A DNA stretch of 64,000 nt from Octopus sinensis (lineage: Eukaryota). Made by a program: the position numbers and the translations under genes. The stretch spans positions 77,128,001 through 77,192,000 of the forward strand of contig NC_043003.1 of NCBI RefSeq assembly GCF_006345805.1, given 5' to 3'. This document shows, in pieces, positions 37,261-51,690 of this stretch (its first letter is position 1; each line of letters starts with the position of its first letter). The notes beneath the pieces were generated by a model, which worked only from the letters and a program-made list of their open reading frames with translations, was not told the DNA's origin and made no database searches.

Positions 37261-38759
37261 TTGGAGCAAACAGGAGAAATATAACTTTTTAAGTATTTTT
37301 CACCGGCAGAAATTTGTAAAACTGACTCAAAGTTTAGAGTTTAGAGTTTAGAGCATGGTACTTACTGAACTTCAACCCTGAAGGCTTATTATTTATATAG
37401 AGTAGATTAAATTTTTTTTGCAGTGTTTTATAAAAAAAACATTAGAACTGGAGAATTATATAAAAAATGTTGTTGTTTTTTTCTTAAATGACCTGCCAGT
37501 TAAACTGAAAGAAGTCTTGAGAAAAGATAAAAATCAAATAAAAAATTGTGAGTGATGTGTATGTGAACAACTACATTTATGTACATATGTGTTTCTGCGT
37601 ATATGTATACGTATTGTATACCGGTGAGTCTTTCTGCATATATATATATATATATATATATATCCTTATAATACAGATGTATATATGTATTGTATGATAT
37701 TTATTATATATGTGTATGTGTGTGTATCTCTGTGTGTCTGTGTCTGTGTGTGTGTGCATAAATTCCTATATTATGTAAATGTTTATCCCCAAGCATATAG
37801 TTATTTAAAATTATGTCCGGGTATTTTGGAAAGTGTTTATATGCTTGTTATATGCTTTAGGAAATTTGTGATTATGTCAATATAGATAATTTGTAAATAG
37901 AAAATCTGTGTGCAACAGAAAAGTGTGAATGAGATTGACTATAGTCAAGAGACGAGATGGGTGGTGTGTGGGGGGAGGTTCATTTCCGCTGACTGAGCAG
38001 GTATTTATCGAAGAATGTCCACATTTTAAACAAATCTGTTATTATTTTCCCAATTTCATCAAGACGCGTGTCTCTTCAACCGAATAGAGCTGACATCTTG
38101 GTTCCGTCTGTATATGGTCTGCTTCCTTCATGCATTTCCTATTTGTTGTTTTAATCTGCGTTAAGCTATTTCAGATTCAATATGTGGTTGACCATCGCAT
38201 TTGTAAATGGTGTACAGAGGCTTTTTGTAACTAGAAATCTGTGAAATATCCACTTTAGAATTACAAAGGTATCTGTGTAAAGAATAATGGTAAACTAGAA
38301 GAAATATCTACAAAACACGAATAGAACAAACAGTCTTTTGTTTGTTTGCTTGCTGTTTTTTTTGCGTCTTTTTTCTTCAAGTAAGCCGACAAATAGTATG
38401 CAGAGACTGAAATGACAAATAATTGTGAAGAAAAATGTGTAGCAACACGAGATATTGCAAAAAGGATAAATCTAAGCTAAAAACAGGACTATGGAATATC
38501 ATGATAAATTTTGGCAAAGAAAGCCCTTACGTGACCAGTATCTAAAAAGGTTAAACACCGTGGAATTGCACCATGAAAATTATCAACAGTATTTGTGATT
38601 CAAGATTATTGATTGAACACAGGATTATATCCTTCCCTCCAGAAACTATTAAATCTATGCAATATAACAGAATACAATAACGTCAAAATATGTGGCGTTC
38701 AGGATGCAGGATGCTGGATGCCAGAGCAACATGCTAAAATACCAAAAGGAAAGAGGTTG

Positions 38760-39054
38760 CTTTGTTCCTTCTTGAGCCACGCCTGGCTTATAGGGCCGGT
38801 TTCCCGGTTTCCTTGGCGTATAGGTTCCCCACCTGGACGAGACGCCGGTCCGTCGCAGGTGGGTTGCAAGATGCAGAGGGAAAGTATGAAAGTTGTGGCG
38901 AAATAGTCAGCAGAAGTTCACCATTACCTTCTGCCGGAGCCGCGTGGAGCTCAGGTGTTTCGCTCATAAACGCACACATCGCTCGGTCTGAAATTCGAAC
39001 CCGCGATCCCTCGATCGCGAGTCTGCTGCTCTAACCACTAGGCCATGTGCCTCC
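38760..39054 (-). mobile_element. tRNA-derived SINE family C, complete head
   Basis: Reverse complement GGAGGCACATGGCCTAGTGGTTAGAGC (A box)...GGGTTCGAATTTC (B box), followed by a non-tRNA body shared with 20384-20648. Confidence 0.9.
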
Positions 39055-39600
39055 ACAACAAGAAAGAGGTGGTATAGGCTGACAAAAGAAAAGCGTTCGA
39101 CGAATGACAAAAGCTACTTGAGTTTGGGCTGTGTCATGACACACATACAAGAAAAAATTATCGACTAGATATTATTATGAATGTCTTCCAGGAAGAGAAA
39201 GTGCCACCTAATTGAGATTCCAGTCCGAATTGATGATAACGTATCTCTCAAATAAATTTAAAGTTATTCAATTATATAGATCTCTAAATAAAGCTAGCCT
39301 GTATGGATACACTGACAGCAGAGAAAGTCATTATAACATTAAATGCTTTCGGAATGATGAAAAAAAAATATGCAAACACGTAACTCATAAAGGAATACGT
39401 GCGGTATACAAATATGAATACAATACAGAAAGTAATGCACGCATACACACACCTTTAATGGTATACAGTCAATATATGACGTAGAATAACACTAGTATAA
39501 CAGGAAATATTAAAACATCACGAAACACTGTATACACCTAGAGATTATAGAATTGTGCTTGATTTTGCAATGAAAGAATGCAATAATAATAATAATAATA

Positions 39601-39641
<41 letters not shown>

Positions 39642-39648
<7 letters not shown>

Positions 39649-39853
39649 AATTTTTCTACAAGGATAGCCATTTTGGGGGAGGAGATTAGTCGATTACATT
39701 GACCCCTGTGCGTAACTGGTACTTAATTTATCGACCCCGAAAGGATGAAAGGCAAAGTCACTTCGGCGGAATTTGAACTCAGAACCTGAAGACATACGAA
39801 ATACCACTAAACATTTCGCCCGGCATACTAACGATTCTGCCAGCTGGCCGCCT
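39642..39853 (-). mobile_element. SINE family A, full length
   Basis: Core motif plus head GGCGGCCAGCTGGCAGAATCGTTAG; (ATT)n at the tail. Confidence 0.92.
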
Positions 39854-39879
39854 CAATAATAATAATAATAATAATAGTA

Positions 39880-40145
39880 ATTGGTGTTTCGTTAAATAAC
39901 CCTTATTCACCGACCTTTTGGGTGGGATGGGCTACTCGACCTGAAAAAATTTTAACTGCCCCCCACCTGCAAGGTCATGTGCTATTTATCTTGATATGAG
40001 CTCACCATTTCACGCACATATGGTTGTGATGTATGTGCGGGTTGTAAATTGGGGTATCAGACGGGTAGTCATGACGGGTATATTGGGCTTTGTATATTTG
40101 TACCCCAGTGTCACTTTGATAGAATGCGCTGCTCTCTCACTCAAT
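39880..40145 (+). mobile_element. repeat family D, second 5'-truncated copy with long (AAT)n tail
   Basis: Homologous to 23535-23815. Confidence 0.7.
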
Positions 40146-40158
40146 GATAATAATAATA

Positions 40159-40199
<41 letters not shown>

Positions 40200-40227
40200 T
40201 AATATAATAATAATAAATAATAATAAC

Positions 40228-40279
<52 letters not shown>

Positions 40280-40282
40280 GTA

Positions 40283-40617
40283 ACTCCTTTCTACTATAGG
40301 CACAAGGCCTGAAGTTTTGGGGAAGGGAGCTAGTCGATTACATCGACTCCAGTGTTCAGCTGGTACTTATTTCATCGATCCCCAAAAGGATGAAAGACAA
40401 GTCGACCTCGACAGAAATGACTTTGGCACAAAGCCAGCAAGTTCAGGAGAGTGGGCTTAGTCGATTACATCAGTGTTCAACTAGTCCGTATTTTATCAAC
40501 CCTGAAAGGAGGAAGCAAAGTCGACCTCAGCGGAATTGAACTCCGACAATAAAGACGGACGAAATATTATTAGGCATTTTGTCCGGCATGCTAATGATTT
40601 TACCAACTCGCTGCGTT

Positions 40618-40683
<66 letters not shown>

Positions 40684-40890
40684 CCTTTCTATTACTGGCA
40701 CAAGGCCTGAAATTTGGAAGGAGGGAACTAGTCGATTATTGGTGCTCAACTGGTACTTATTTCATCGACCCCGAAAGAACGAAAGACAGAGTCAACCTCG
40801 ATGTACTTCAAACTCAGCACTTAAATAACGACAAAATGCCGCTGAGAATTTGGTCCGTCGTGCTGACGATTCTGCTAGTTCGCTGCCAGG
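40283..40890 (-). mobile_element. three SINE family A copies separated by (AAT)n
   Basis: Repeated CCTTTCTA.TA..GGCACAAGGCCTGAA and GTCGACCTC cores. Confidence 0.88.
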
Positions 40891-41183
40891 CCAATCAAAC
40901 TACTTGTGGGACAGAATTTTCTCCCAAGACTCAGCAAAATGATATAACATAAGGAAACTCTATACACCCCAGGCACTGGAAATGTATTCCAACACCAGTG
41001 ATCCCCACTCCAGAACCAACCCTCTATATAGTGTAGCAGCAGCAGCAGCTAAACTTGTAGGCTAGAAACTGCCAACCCCTTTGTATCTACAGAAGACTGA
41101 ATCAGATACAGCTCTAAAAGTCGCAATGATAATAACAACAGATCCATCATGACAACAGAAGACAGTCACGTTAGGTGGTGGTG

Positions 41184-41228
<45 letters not shown>

Positions 41229-41819
41229 AAAAGCTTCTTTAGAAAGATGTTTCCCCACCTGGTGAGTTGTAGTGAAAAATATAGGTAGGAGGAAAATGCA
41301 CAGAATATATATATTTTTACATGCAATAAAGTACATAGTCAACCGTTTTCTCTTTTGCTAATTTTGACTAAGAAATTAGCCAAAATATACAATTTCATGG
41401 TATCATAAGAAGTTTTTAGTACATGCTAATAGCAAGGAAGTTTTGTCAATGAATCAGTTGCTAAGGGAAAGCAATTAGTGATGGTTATTATTAGAAGCAG
41501 GGGAGATAATTTTTCTTTTTCTTTTTTGTTTTTTTTTATTTTTGAGGTGATTTGATTATGTTTACATTACGAAGTTATAAATTTATGAATTAAGACTTTT
41601 AAAAAGTTGGATATGTATTCATATTCAAGAGAGATTTGTGTGTGCGCGCGCGTGTGTGTGTGCATTTCTCTAACTGTAGAGCTCAGAGTACTGGTTGGTG
41701 TCACTTTAACTTTTAAGATTAGAGGGGCCCTTTTGAGTCTTTTGAAGCAAATCTCTCTAGAGATTGTATCTCGATAAAAATACTGGTAGCTGTGACACCT
41801 TATCACCACCTTCTTTAGC

Positions 41820-42060
41820 ATGAGGGTTATGGATCAAAGAATTAATACAAACAACGGCGTAAACGTGGACGGAACTTAAGATGACGAACCCGGTAAGTGT
41901 CCTGTGGGTAAGCAAAAAAGACCCAGTCGACAGAACAAAATGGTCAAAGACGATGAATATAACTCTCATGGGATGTTACCTTTTTAGCAGACCTATTCAT
42001 GGTGAAGGGAAGCCCATACGACGATATAGAAAGAGGATGCATGACATCTGGATGGAGACG
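41820..42060 (+). mobile_element. R4/Dong N-terminal (Myb-like) fragment
   Basis: [42 protein letters not shown] matches the KW....N..LM.CY......GYRKRM..IW pattern recalled for N-termini of R4/Dong-type ORFs. Confidence 0.55.
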
Positions 42061-42092
42061 TGTATATATATATATACACACGCACACATCTA

Positions 42093-42139
<47 letters not shown>

Positions 42140-42194
42140 TATCTATATATATATATATGTATGTATGTATGTATGTATATATATATATATATAT

Positions 42195-42383
42195 ATGCCC
42201 ATGATAGATCGTTAGCCACTACACGCATTTTTTTATCTCCTTGTTTTTTCTGTGTCCCTTTCTGTAGAAGAGCGTAGGCTCGAAACGTAAAAGACTTTTT
42301 CTATTCCTGAGCGTTATACTAATACATCTGTTTGTTTTGTACACCACCTGTCTTCGTGTTTTGTTTTTTTTTTCGTAAACTCT

Positions 42384-42390
<7 letters not shown>
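42195..42390 (+). mobile_element. Penelope-like terminal repeat fragment, second copy
   Basis: Same hammerhead-like motif at 42258-42293; inserted among (TA)n. Confidence 0.6.
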
Positions 42391-42465
<75 letters not shown>

Positions 42466-42769
42466 GGTGTTCATCTTCACAGATGATTGCCGTCTCTTTG
42501 TGCATCCTATTTGAATTTCCATCCATGACCTCTCGGCTGACTATTCGGTCTTGTTGGAGACCTGCATGGTTTCAAGCATAGATAACTGAGGAAACTTACT
42601 GCGCTATTGCAACTGATTAGATTTACACACATCACCTCTCTTCGATCTCCATAGAACTTTCAGTACATGAAATGACAAATGATGTCACCGTAAAGAAGCA
42701 CCTGCACATCATTAAATTATAGTCATAAACGCTCGTACGACACGAATGTACATATACCTGTGTATGTAT

Positions 42770-43030
42770 GTCACCGTTAAGTTTTAATTCAAGATTTCTT
42801 GCCAATAGAGAAAGAGCCGGTTTCTACTCTAAGGCTCCTTCATTGGAATTTCAGCATCAACAACAGGGTATTTTTGAATGTATGTATGTATGTATGTATG
42901 TATGTATGTATGTATGCAGATTTGTACGATTTGCTTTATGTAAGTATTCTCATGCATATAGTTATATATCTAGACATACTTATATATATTTAAATAATAA
43001 ACTTCTGGAAATAATGTCTTCGCAAAACAC
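42770..43030 (-). mobile_element. R4/Dong 3'-end copy f
   Basis: Reverse complement contains TTTCCAGAAGTTTA (FQKF end) and the terminal block AAACCGGCTCTTTCTCTATTGGCAAG, and ends GTGACATACATAC; (CATA)n on its 5' side. Confidence 0.8.
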
Positions 43031-43144
43031 ATGTATGTATGTATGTATGTATGTATGTATGTATGTATGTATGTATGTATGTATGTATGTATGTATGTGT
43101 GTATGCATTTATGTGTGTATGAATATATACATACATATAGATAT

Positions 43145-43195
<51 letters not shown>

Positions 43196-43573
43196 CATAC
43201 ATAGGCAGACAGACGGACAAACAGATAGATGTGGTATATTATGTTAAGAACGTAGTATAATACAGTATAAAGATCGTGCACCTTCAGATTTACCCTCTGC
43301 TGTCCAATAGTAGTATTATACGTACTTCCAGGTCTGTGTTTGGGTGTCTGTCGTGTGTGAATGGATAATTGAAAAAATTGGTGTCAACAACAAGGAGTAC
43401 GGTTGGACATTTAATTTTAATCTCTACAAATGTTTCCACACAACGTTTTACTCGTGGAGTGCAGGTTCTTTATTATGTAACCACTTCCCTGCATTATGAG
43501 ATCTAGATGTGTTTCCTCGGGCGATGTGTAAATATTATCTCCGTAAGTTCAAAATCATTGACTTTAAGGACAT

Positions 43574-43701
43574 CCTCTTTGTCTGTTGTGGCCGGAATTT
43601 AGTAGTAGTCTCTGATATTAACAAGATGTGAGATATATATATATCACACCTTGATAATATCAGAGACTACTACTAAATTTCGGCCACAACAGGCAAAGAG
43701 G
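43574..43701. other. 128-nt near-perfect inverted repeat (58-bp arms, 12-nt loop)
   Basis: Arms 43574-43631 and 43644-43701 differ at 4 positions. Confidence 0.95.
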
Positions 43702-43737
43702 TTGTTCTTGTAGCCGAGGCTATATATATATATATAA

Positions 43738-43790
<53 letters not shown>

Positions 43791-43800
43791 TTATATATAT

Positions 43801-43844
<44 letters not shown>

Positions 43845-43853
43845 ATATATATA

Positions 43854-43893
<40 letters not shown>

Positions 43894-44099
43894 GCAAATA
43901 AACAACAAGGATGTCAAGGTATGAGTGCATTCTTCGAGCTGTGCGAGTAGTACCGGATTGACTTGCTGCCTCAACTTAAGTACCTAATTCAACTGAATCT
44001 TAATTATTTTTCATATATATATATATACATACATATACGAATTTTTACACACATACACATGCACACACACATACACACACAAATACAGATGTATGTATG

Positions 44100-44390
44100 T
44101 AATTATTCAGTTTATTTCAAGACCTGATTTCTAACCTAGTTCCAAAGCTCCTTCATTGAATTTTAGCGTCAACAACAGGATATTTTTGTATGTATGTATG
44201 TATGTATGTATTTTTGTATGTATGCATGTATGTGCAGATTCGTATGTTTTATGTATGTATTCTCATGCGTATAGTTGCTTATCTTGACATGCTCATACAT
44301 ACTTAAATGGTAAACTTCTGGAAAGTTTTACAGATTTTTATAGTTCCAGTGTTGCATTGGATCTGTAGTCTTCGAATTAGCTTTCGTCGT
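44100..44390 (-). mobile_element. R4/Dong 3'-end copy g
   Basis: RRKLIRRLQIQCNTGTIKICKTFQKF plus 3' UTR to GAAATAAACTGAATAATTACATACATAC; begins directly after (CATA)n. Confidence 0.85.
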
Positions 44391-44504
44391 ATGTATGTAT
44401 GTATGTATGTATGTATGTAGTATGTATGTATGTATGTGTGTGTGTATGCATTTATGTGTGTATGAATATATACATACATATAGATATACACACATATATA
44501 TATA

Positions 44505-44539
<35 letters not shown>

Positions 44540-44918
44540 TACATACATAGGCAGACAGACGGACAAACAGATAGATGTGGTATATTATGTTAAGAACGTA
44601 GTATAATACAGTATAAAGATCGTGCACCTTCAGATTTACCCTCTGCTGTCCAATAGTAGTATTATACGTACTTCCAGGTCTGTGTTTGGGTGTCTGTCGT
44701 GTGTGAATGGATAATTGAAAAAATTGGTGTCGACAACAAGGAGTACGGTTGGACATTTAATTTTAATCTCTACAAATGTTTCCACACAACGTTTTACTCG
44801 TGGAGTGCAGGTTCTTTATTATGTAACCACTTCCTGCATTATGAGATCTAGATGTGTTTCCTCGGGCGATGTGTAAATATTATCTCCGTAAGTTCAAAAT
44901 CATTGACTTTAAGGACAT

Positions 44919-45046
44919 CCTCTTTGTCTGTTGTGGCCGGAATTTAGTAGTAGTCTCTGATATTAACAAGATGTGAGATATATATATATCACACCTTGAT
45001 AATATCAGAGACTACTACTAAATTTCGGCCACAACAGGCAAAGAGG
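44919..45046. other. second copy of the 128-nt hairpin
   Basis: Same sequence as 43574-43701. Confidence 0.95.
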
Positions 45047-45084
45047 TTGTTCTTGTAGCCGAGGCTATATATATATATATATAA

Positions 45085-45204
<120 letters not shown>

Positions 45205-45404
45205 GCAAATAAACAACAAGGATGTCAAGGTATGAGTGCATTCTTCGAGCTGTGCGAGTAGTACCGGATTGACTTGCTGCCTCAACTTAAGTACCTAATT
45301 CAACTGAATCTTAATTATTTTTCATATATATATATATACATACATATACGAATTTTTACACACATACACATGCACACATACACACACAAATACAGATGTA
45401 TGTA

Positions 45405-45710
45405 TGTAATTATTCAGTTTATTTCAAGACCTGATTTCTAACCTAGTTCCAAAGCTCCTTCATTGGAATTTTAGCGTCAACAACAGGATATTTTTGTATG
45501 TATGTATGTATGTATTTTTGTATGTATGTATTTTTGTATGTATGCATGTATGTGCAGATTCGTATGTTTTATGTATGTATTCTCATGCGTATAGTTGCTT
45601 ATCTTGACATGCTCATACATACTTAAATGGTAAACTTCTGGAAAGTTTTACAGATTTTTATAGTTCCAGTGTTGCATTGGATCTGTAGTCTTCGAATTAG
45701 CTTTCGTCGT
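45405..45710 (-). mobile_element. R4/Dong 3'-end copy h (duplicate of g)
   Basis: Same sequence as 44100-44390. Confidence 0.85.
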
Positions 45711-45934
45711 ATGTATGTATGTATGTATGTATGTATGTATGTATGTATGTATGTATGTATGTATGTCGATGTTAACGATGAGTATTCAGTACTTTGGCCA
45801 ACCTATCAACTCTTTGAATTTTCGTATAGCTTGTTAAATATTTCAAAGACACGCGTACACAGAGTAATTCACAGTTAGAATCATCGTATCACAATAGGAC
45901 TTGACTGTATTTTTGCATTACATGTACAATCCAT

Positions 45935-46085
45935 CCGGCGGGTCTTCACACAGTTTTCGTCTACCCAGTTTTAGTCCATAAGGCTTTGATCAACCTGAAG
46001 CTACTATGAAATGTACTAGCCCAAGATGCTTTGAAGTGGAACTGAACACGGAACATCGCGATTCTCAAACGAGTTTCTTAAGCAT
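45935..46085 (-). mobile_element. SINE family B, degenerate 5' part
   Basis: CAGTTTTCGTCTACC...AAGGCTTTG...GTGGAACTGAACACGGAAC. Confidence 0.6.
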
Positions 46086-46091
46086 TCGATC

Positions 46092-46158
<67 letters not shown>

Positions 46159-46338
46159 GGAGGGGGTTCGAGGGTGGTCGGATGGGTGAGTGCCTGTGCA
46201 TTTGAGTATGAGTATCTCTTTATTCATACATTTACATATATGTAATGTTATATAATATATATATATTATGGATATATATATACATATACATATATATGAT
46301 ATGTATATAAATTATAAATGTATGTATGTATATATATA

Positions 46339-46385
<47 letters not shown>

Positions 46386-47289
46386 TAAATCAATATTAAC
46401 TTCAGAATAATGGACATATATTCACCATTGACCTTCACCCAGGCGCTAGTGCATCGTGAAAGGAAAGACAAGCAGCGATCAAACGTGACACAATACAAGC
46501 CTTTATATCATGTCCTACGTGTCAGATGAAGCGGCTTTCTGTGCCAGATAATAATCATATATTAATATAATACAATACTAATTAAACTTCCCAGAGAGAT
46601 CAGCTAGCGGTCATATTTCTTCACTATAACCACATCTGGACAATGATATTACATTATGATTTATTACAGGGCAAATAAAACGTGTCAGCCATTTTGTGTG
46701 TATATGTATGTGTACGCGTGTTCGTGTGTGCTGGAATGTATATGTGCGTGCGTGTATGCATATTTATCTGTATATATATGTATGTATGCATGTATGTATC
46801 CATGCAAATGTGTGTGTATTTGCATGCATTTAAGCAGAAATATAGAAATAGTTCTAGATAGCTGATGTTGATATAGATATATTAAATATGCATGTTCGCA
46901 ATTGTATATCTAAGTAGAAATGAAAAATGGAAATTCTAATGTCTGAGAGTAAACGAGACCAAATATACTTCTATTGCAGACTTGAATATATAGATAAGAC
47001 CAAAACTACTATCATAGATCACTCAGATATATAGATAAAATGGAAGCTACTATCATGGCATGCTCTTTTATAAGATGATCTCAAGTCTACTGCTACAGTA
47101 CACTCTGGCATATAGCTTCTGTCACTAACACAAGAAGAGTTTCACTCAGCACTATAAGCTGGCAGAACATGTTACTACGTGGTTGAGAATCCTGCAAGAA
47201 ATGTCAGCCAAATTTTCTTCAAATTAGACTATATTGTCTTAAAAAAAGTTTTAATGAGATTACGTAAAGCTAGAAAAATCATTGGCACA

Positions 47290-47460
47290 CCGAACAAAGC
47301 GGTTAGTGGTATTTCTTCCAGTTTTATATTCTGAGTTCAAATTTCGCCAAGGTTGGCTTTGCCTTTCATCCTTTAGGGGTCGATGAAGTAAGTGTTAGTT
47401 TAGCATCTGTGTCGAAGTAACTCAATTGTGCCTACAGTAGAAAGAAAAAATATAACGTAG
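47290..47460 (+). mobile_element. SINE family A, only plus-strand copy
   Basis: TTCTGAGTTCAAATTTCGCC...GCTTTGCCTTTCATCCTTTAGGGGTCGAT. Confidence 0.85.
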
Positions 47461-47559
47461 TTCTAGGTACTGCTAAAATGACAGTATGGTTAGGGTAGAA
47501 TACTATTAAGTATAGATATACTCATTACGTTTCACCAATTGCTAAAGAACAACAATAAT

Positions 47560-48166
47560 AATTTATAAGTGTACATTATGTTATACAATTACCTTTCAAA
47601 ATATGCTTACAGGCACAGCTGAACCATTTCCAACCGACTACTAGTGCAGTCATCTTTCTCTCTATCTATCTATCTATCTCTCATTTTTACATCCTGGATG
47701 TTCTGTGGAGTCAAATTTCAGAGGGCTGAGAGGATATTTGTGACTGCTGGCGATTATATATGCAATTCGCGTAAGAGTCCGATGGTCCCTATCTGAAAGG
47801 TTTGGTTTTCTTCCAGAGTTTTGTTTTGACGAGGAGGTTTTTCCCTCTTTCTCAAATGCTGTCATTACTTTCGAGACAGTACTTCTTGATACACCAAATA
47901 TTTCGGCTGTGTTCGTTACGCTAGCGCCTGCCATACGAGCACCAACAATTTGACCTCTTTGAAAGTCAGATAGATCTGTCATTTTAATGAATTTTAATCA
48001 CCTTTTTCTGATGATATCTGAAAAGAAACAGAAATTTTAGCAAAACATATTAAGCAACACTAATTCTAAATCAAAAAACATAAAAATAAACAAGCTTTTG
48101 TCGGTTTTATAAATATTTCAAAATTATGATACTATGATACTATGTGTTTCCATTATTTTATCCAAC

Positions 48167-48171
<5 letters not shown>
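47560..48171 (-). mobile_element. Tc1-type transposon 5' part (paired-like HTH), deleted
   Basis: ORF 47674-47982 DLSDFQRGQIVGARMAGASVTNTAEIFGVSRSTVSKVMTAFEKEGKTSS.KQNSGRKP.LSDRD.RTL; TIR-like end AGGGGTTGGATAAAATAATGGAAACAC next to (TA)n. Confidence 0.85.
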
Positions 48172-48254
<83 letters not shown>

Positions 48255-50060
48255 TATGCACACGTTCTGTCTGTACAAGTACACACAAATTTTGATAAAT
48301 TTGTAAACATTCTGTACAAGTAGTATATATTTCCAAGAAAATGATAATTCTTTTCTTATTGCACCTTTCCCTTTTCGAACCTTCACGAGTCACAGAAATG
48401 AATGAGCGGATTGTACAACATCAGGAGCTACTAGACTATGTCCATGTGTTGTGTTCATCGGCCACATAGCTTCTGATGTTATCATGTTTTAATCTTGAGT
48501 ATTTTACTGAGTCAATAAGGGAACAGTTCTGTGTTATGTTAGTAGGGGAGGCCACTCTACAGTACCATACTATAAGTGGCTTAAGGACAAGAGAAGATTT
48601 CTCTTGATAAAAGTGTTAAACAACTTAGATAACATATTCTTTGGTGTGTTATTTTCATTGAAACGTATGTAGAGAACGTGTCGTTTTCCGTTGAGATTAT
48701 ATATTAATATAGGACACTCCCCTGCAATGCATTAACTGCGTTGCATGTTTTATTCGCGAATGGTTTGACCTTTTCGATGATAGTTCATTTTGTCAACGTG
48801 TTGTGGATTTCAATATGTTTATGTTTCCAGATATGTTGAGACAAAGAAGACTCTTGATGCAATGAAATTCTGTATTTGCAAGATATTTTGTGCTTGGAAA
48901 ATATTCAGTGCCTACAAGATATTCTGTGTTTACAAGAATGTTTAAAAGTGTCCTCTGTCAAATTTAGTTGGGTAATTTTAAAACCACCTTCTGTTGTTTG
49001 TGTGGTTTTACACCCTCACACAATTGATATGCATTTTCTATTAAGGTGTTTTCTTTCCTTGCATTTATGCTGTCGGAGTGTGAAAGGATTTGTAAATTAT
49101 TGGTCACGGACAGAGACTTATATTCTGAAACAACTCAATGCTTTACTACATTTATATAGAAAATGTTTAACAGATAGACAATTAAATTATCGTATAAATT
49201 TCAAATGTAAAAGGAGAAACTTTTAAAGATTATCAAAAATACACAAATGTACATTGATGATTGTTTCACGTGAAAGAACAAGGTATGGTTGTATGAATAT
49301 ACTCTCACCGATCTAAAATTAGGATTCGCTGTAGCTAGCTCGACGTGCTAGAAACATTACTACTGTAATTTATCTTGCTAAAGTAAGTTATCTTGCTGAA
49401 ACAGTTCTTGAAGCATATACAAAGCTTTAAAGGAAACGATTTCCATGTGCTCACACATCTAACAAGAAGAGAGGAAGAAAATACTTATATTACTTTGTGT
49501 AATGTTGTGAACTTATAAATCAAATTACAGAATCGAAATTATCAAATGCAAGCTATATTCGTCTGCTTATGAACTAGCAGACTATTTGATAATTGGATTT
49601 ATCATAGTTGGCGCCAAATTATTTTTTAAGAAAATTGCTTTATTTTCGGTGGTATAGCTTGTCCACAAAAGTCAAGCACGGCTGGAAGTACCAAAGATGC
49701 AATAACTTACGTGAACCTAGTTTGGGGATATAAATTAAAAACAATGAACAATCCCCACATATACTCGAAAATAGTTTCAGTAAATACTTGAAAATAACAG
49801 GTGCAGATTCCTGGATAACTGTTTCCTTCTATGGAGAGAAAATACTGATCAGCTAAATGAATTTGTAATTCTATAAACACCATAAATATGATTTACTATG
49901 GAATACAAGACGACTAACTCCTTTTCTTGAATATATAAAAATGAGAAATTCATACTGATTTTTACTAAAATCCTAACAAATCAAGAAATACCTTCTATAT
50001 ACCCGAAATATATTCGAGCTGACATAATGTTTTAAATCATTTAATAGAAAATTGTAAACA

Positions 50061-50430
50061 AGAGTCACTGTGTGGTAAGAAGTTTGCTTTCAAACCACAT
50101 AGTTCTGGGTCCAGTCCCACTGTATAGTTCTTTGGGCTAGTATCTTCTATTGTAGCCTCGGGTCAACCAAAGCTTTTTGGGTGGATTTGGTAGACGGAAA
50201 CTGGAAGAAGCCTGTCGTTGGTGTGTATATGCGTGTGTCCACCAACCATTGACAACAGTTGTTGTCAGTTGGTGTTTACGTCCCCGTAACCAGCGGTTCG
50301 GCAAAAGGGACCGAGAGAATAAGGGCTTAAAAAAATAAGTACTGGGGTCGATCCGTTCGACTAAAATTCTTCAAGGCAGTTCCCCAGCATAACCACAGTC
50401 TAATGACCAAAACAAGTGAAAGATAAAAGA
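50061..50430 (+). mobile_element. SINE family B, plus-strand copy
   Basis: GTCACTGTGTGGTAAG...GGATTTGGTAGACGGAAACTG...CGGTTCGGCAAAAGG. Confidence 0.85.
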
Positions 50431-51690
50431 GAAGGGAGAAAATGCTTACCAGAAAAATACCGTTAATATTTAACCAACAAAGAATTCGAGAAACAGAATA
50501 AGCTCGTATTCTGGTACTTCAAAAATCCTAAACGCGAAAGTGAAACTTTAAAATATATAACTCAACTTTTAATTTAAAAACGTCGCCCTTTTACATTAAA
50601 ATCTAGCATTATTACTTCAAGATCAATAAATGAAAAAATCATTGAATTTACATCTCACCGTTGAAAGTTCCAGTCAACAAAAGCCTAAAGTCGGAAAATG
50701 CAAGCTACTCATTTTCAAAATTAAAATAACTTCGTGTATTTTTATGCACAAATGGCTCTATTTGCCCAACTGGGTGGTATACCACCATCATCAAATTAGG
50801 CAGCCATACACGAGAATTTCCCCTTAGTAGGCATATGATAATTACGGGGAACAAACCTTCTCGAATTTTACAATTGTCTCTCATTTTTTGCTTGGCGGTT
50901 CAACAGCGTAACGTCAATGAATTAGCAAAGACGTAAAATTCATAGACAAATCTCAACCAACATTTACTGCAATGACTTTCAATTGACATGCCTTCATTAT
51001 GTCCTTTAAGGGATTTCATTATGACTCTTGAAATAACTTTATACATCCCTTAATATTAAGGTGCTTAGATCCCAAACTAAGACTCCATTCTCGTTATGGG
51101 AAGTCTGTAACTATACTTATTTTATTTTGTTTAATATTGTTTGGTAAATACGAAAAATATTTTATGAAATTTGATAAAACATAGTGACCTTAAAAGTACT
51201 CAGATGTGAAACCAGAAGGAAAAATTTATGACTATGTTTTTGGTACAGTTAATTTTCAAATTATTTTAAAATATTTATGATACTGCATTTTCAACTTCTT
51301 TTTCCTATATAACATGATTAGTATAGATTAGAGACATGGCATAAAAGAATGCTGTTTTTAAGAAGATGCTCCGAACACTCTTCAATTTGATAAGATTCAC
51401 ATCACGCCAGGTTAGTTCATCATCAATATATACGTGGAAGTATGTTTGATGCACTTGGCGATTTGCTGCAAGTTAAACAATGAAGGGTTTTGAGGGACAA
51501 TATATTTTGTTGCATCAGACCAATAGGGAAGATATTTTGTACCGTACGCAGTCTTATATGTGGACCCAACGTTTCAGATTTCGAAGAACATCCACCGAAA
51601 ACTATCCCGTATTTTTTAAGGTCTTCCAACAAAGAAGATATCAAAGTTCGAATAATGATCCATGAAAGCCATCGCTTGACTGCCGCTTAC

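Noticed and set aside
38985-39054. tRNA-like sequence with A and B boxes (also heads of SINE families A and B)
   Set aside because: Cloverleaf stems are imperfect and the sequence runs into a repeated non-tRNA body; these are SINE heads, not tRNA genes.
48400-49226. Weak CR1-like peptide at ~48.5 kb and a 116-aa ORF with a QDILCL repeat
   Set aside because: Similarity too weak to call; the ORF reflects a short local DNA repeat.
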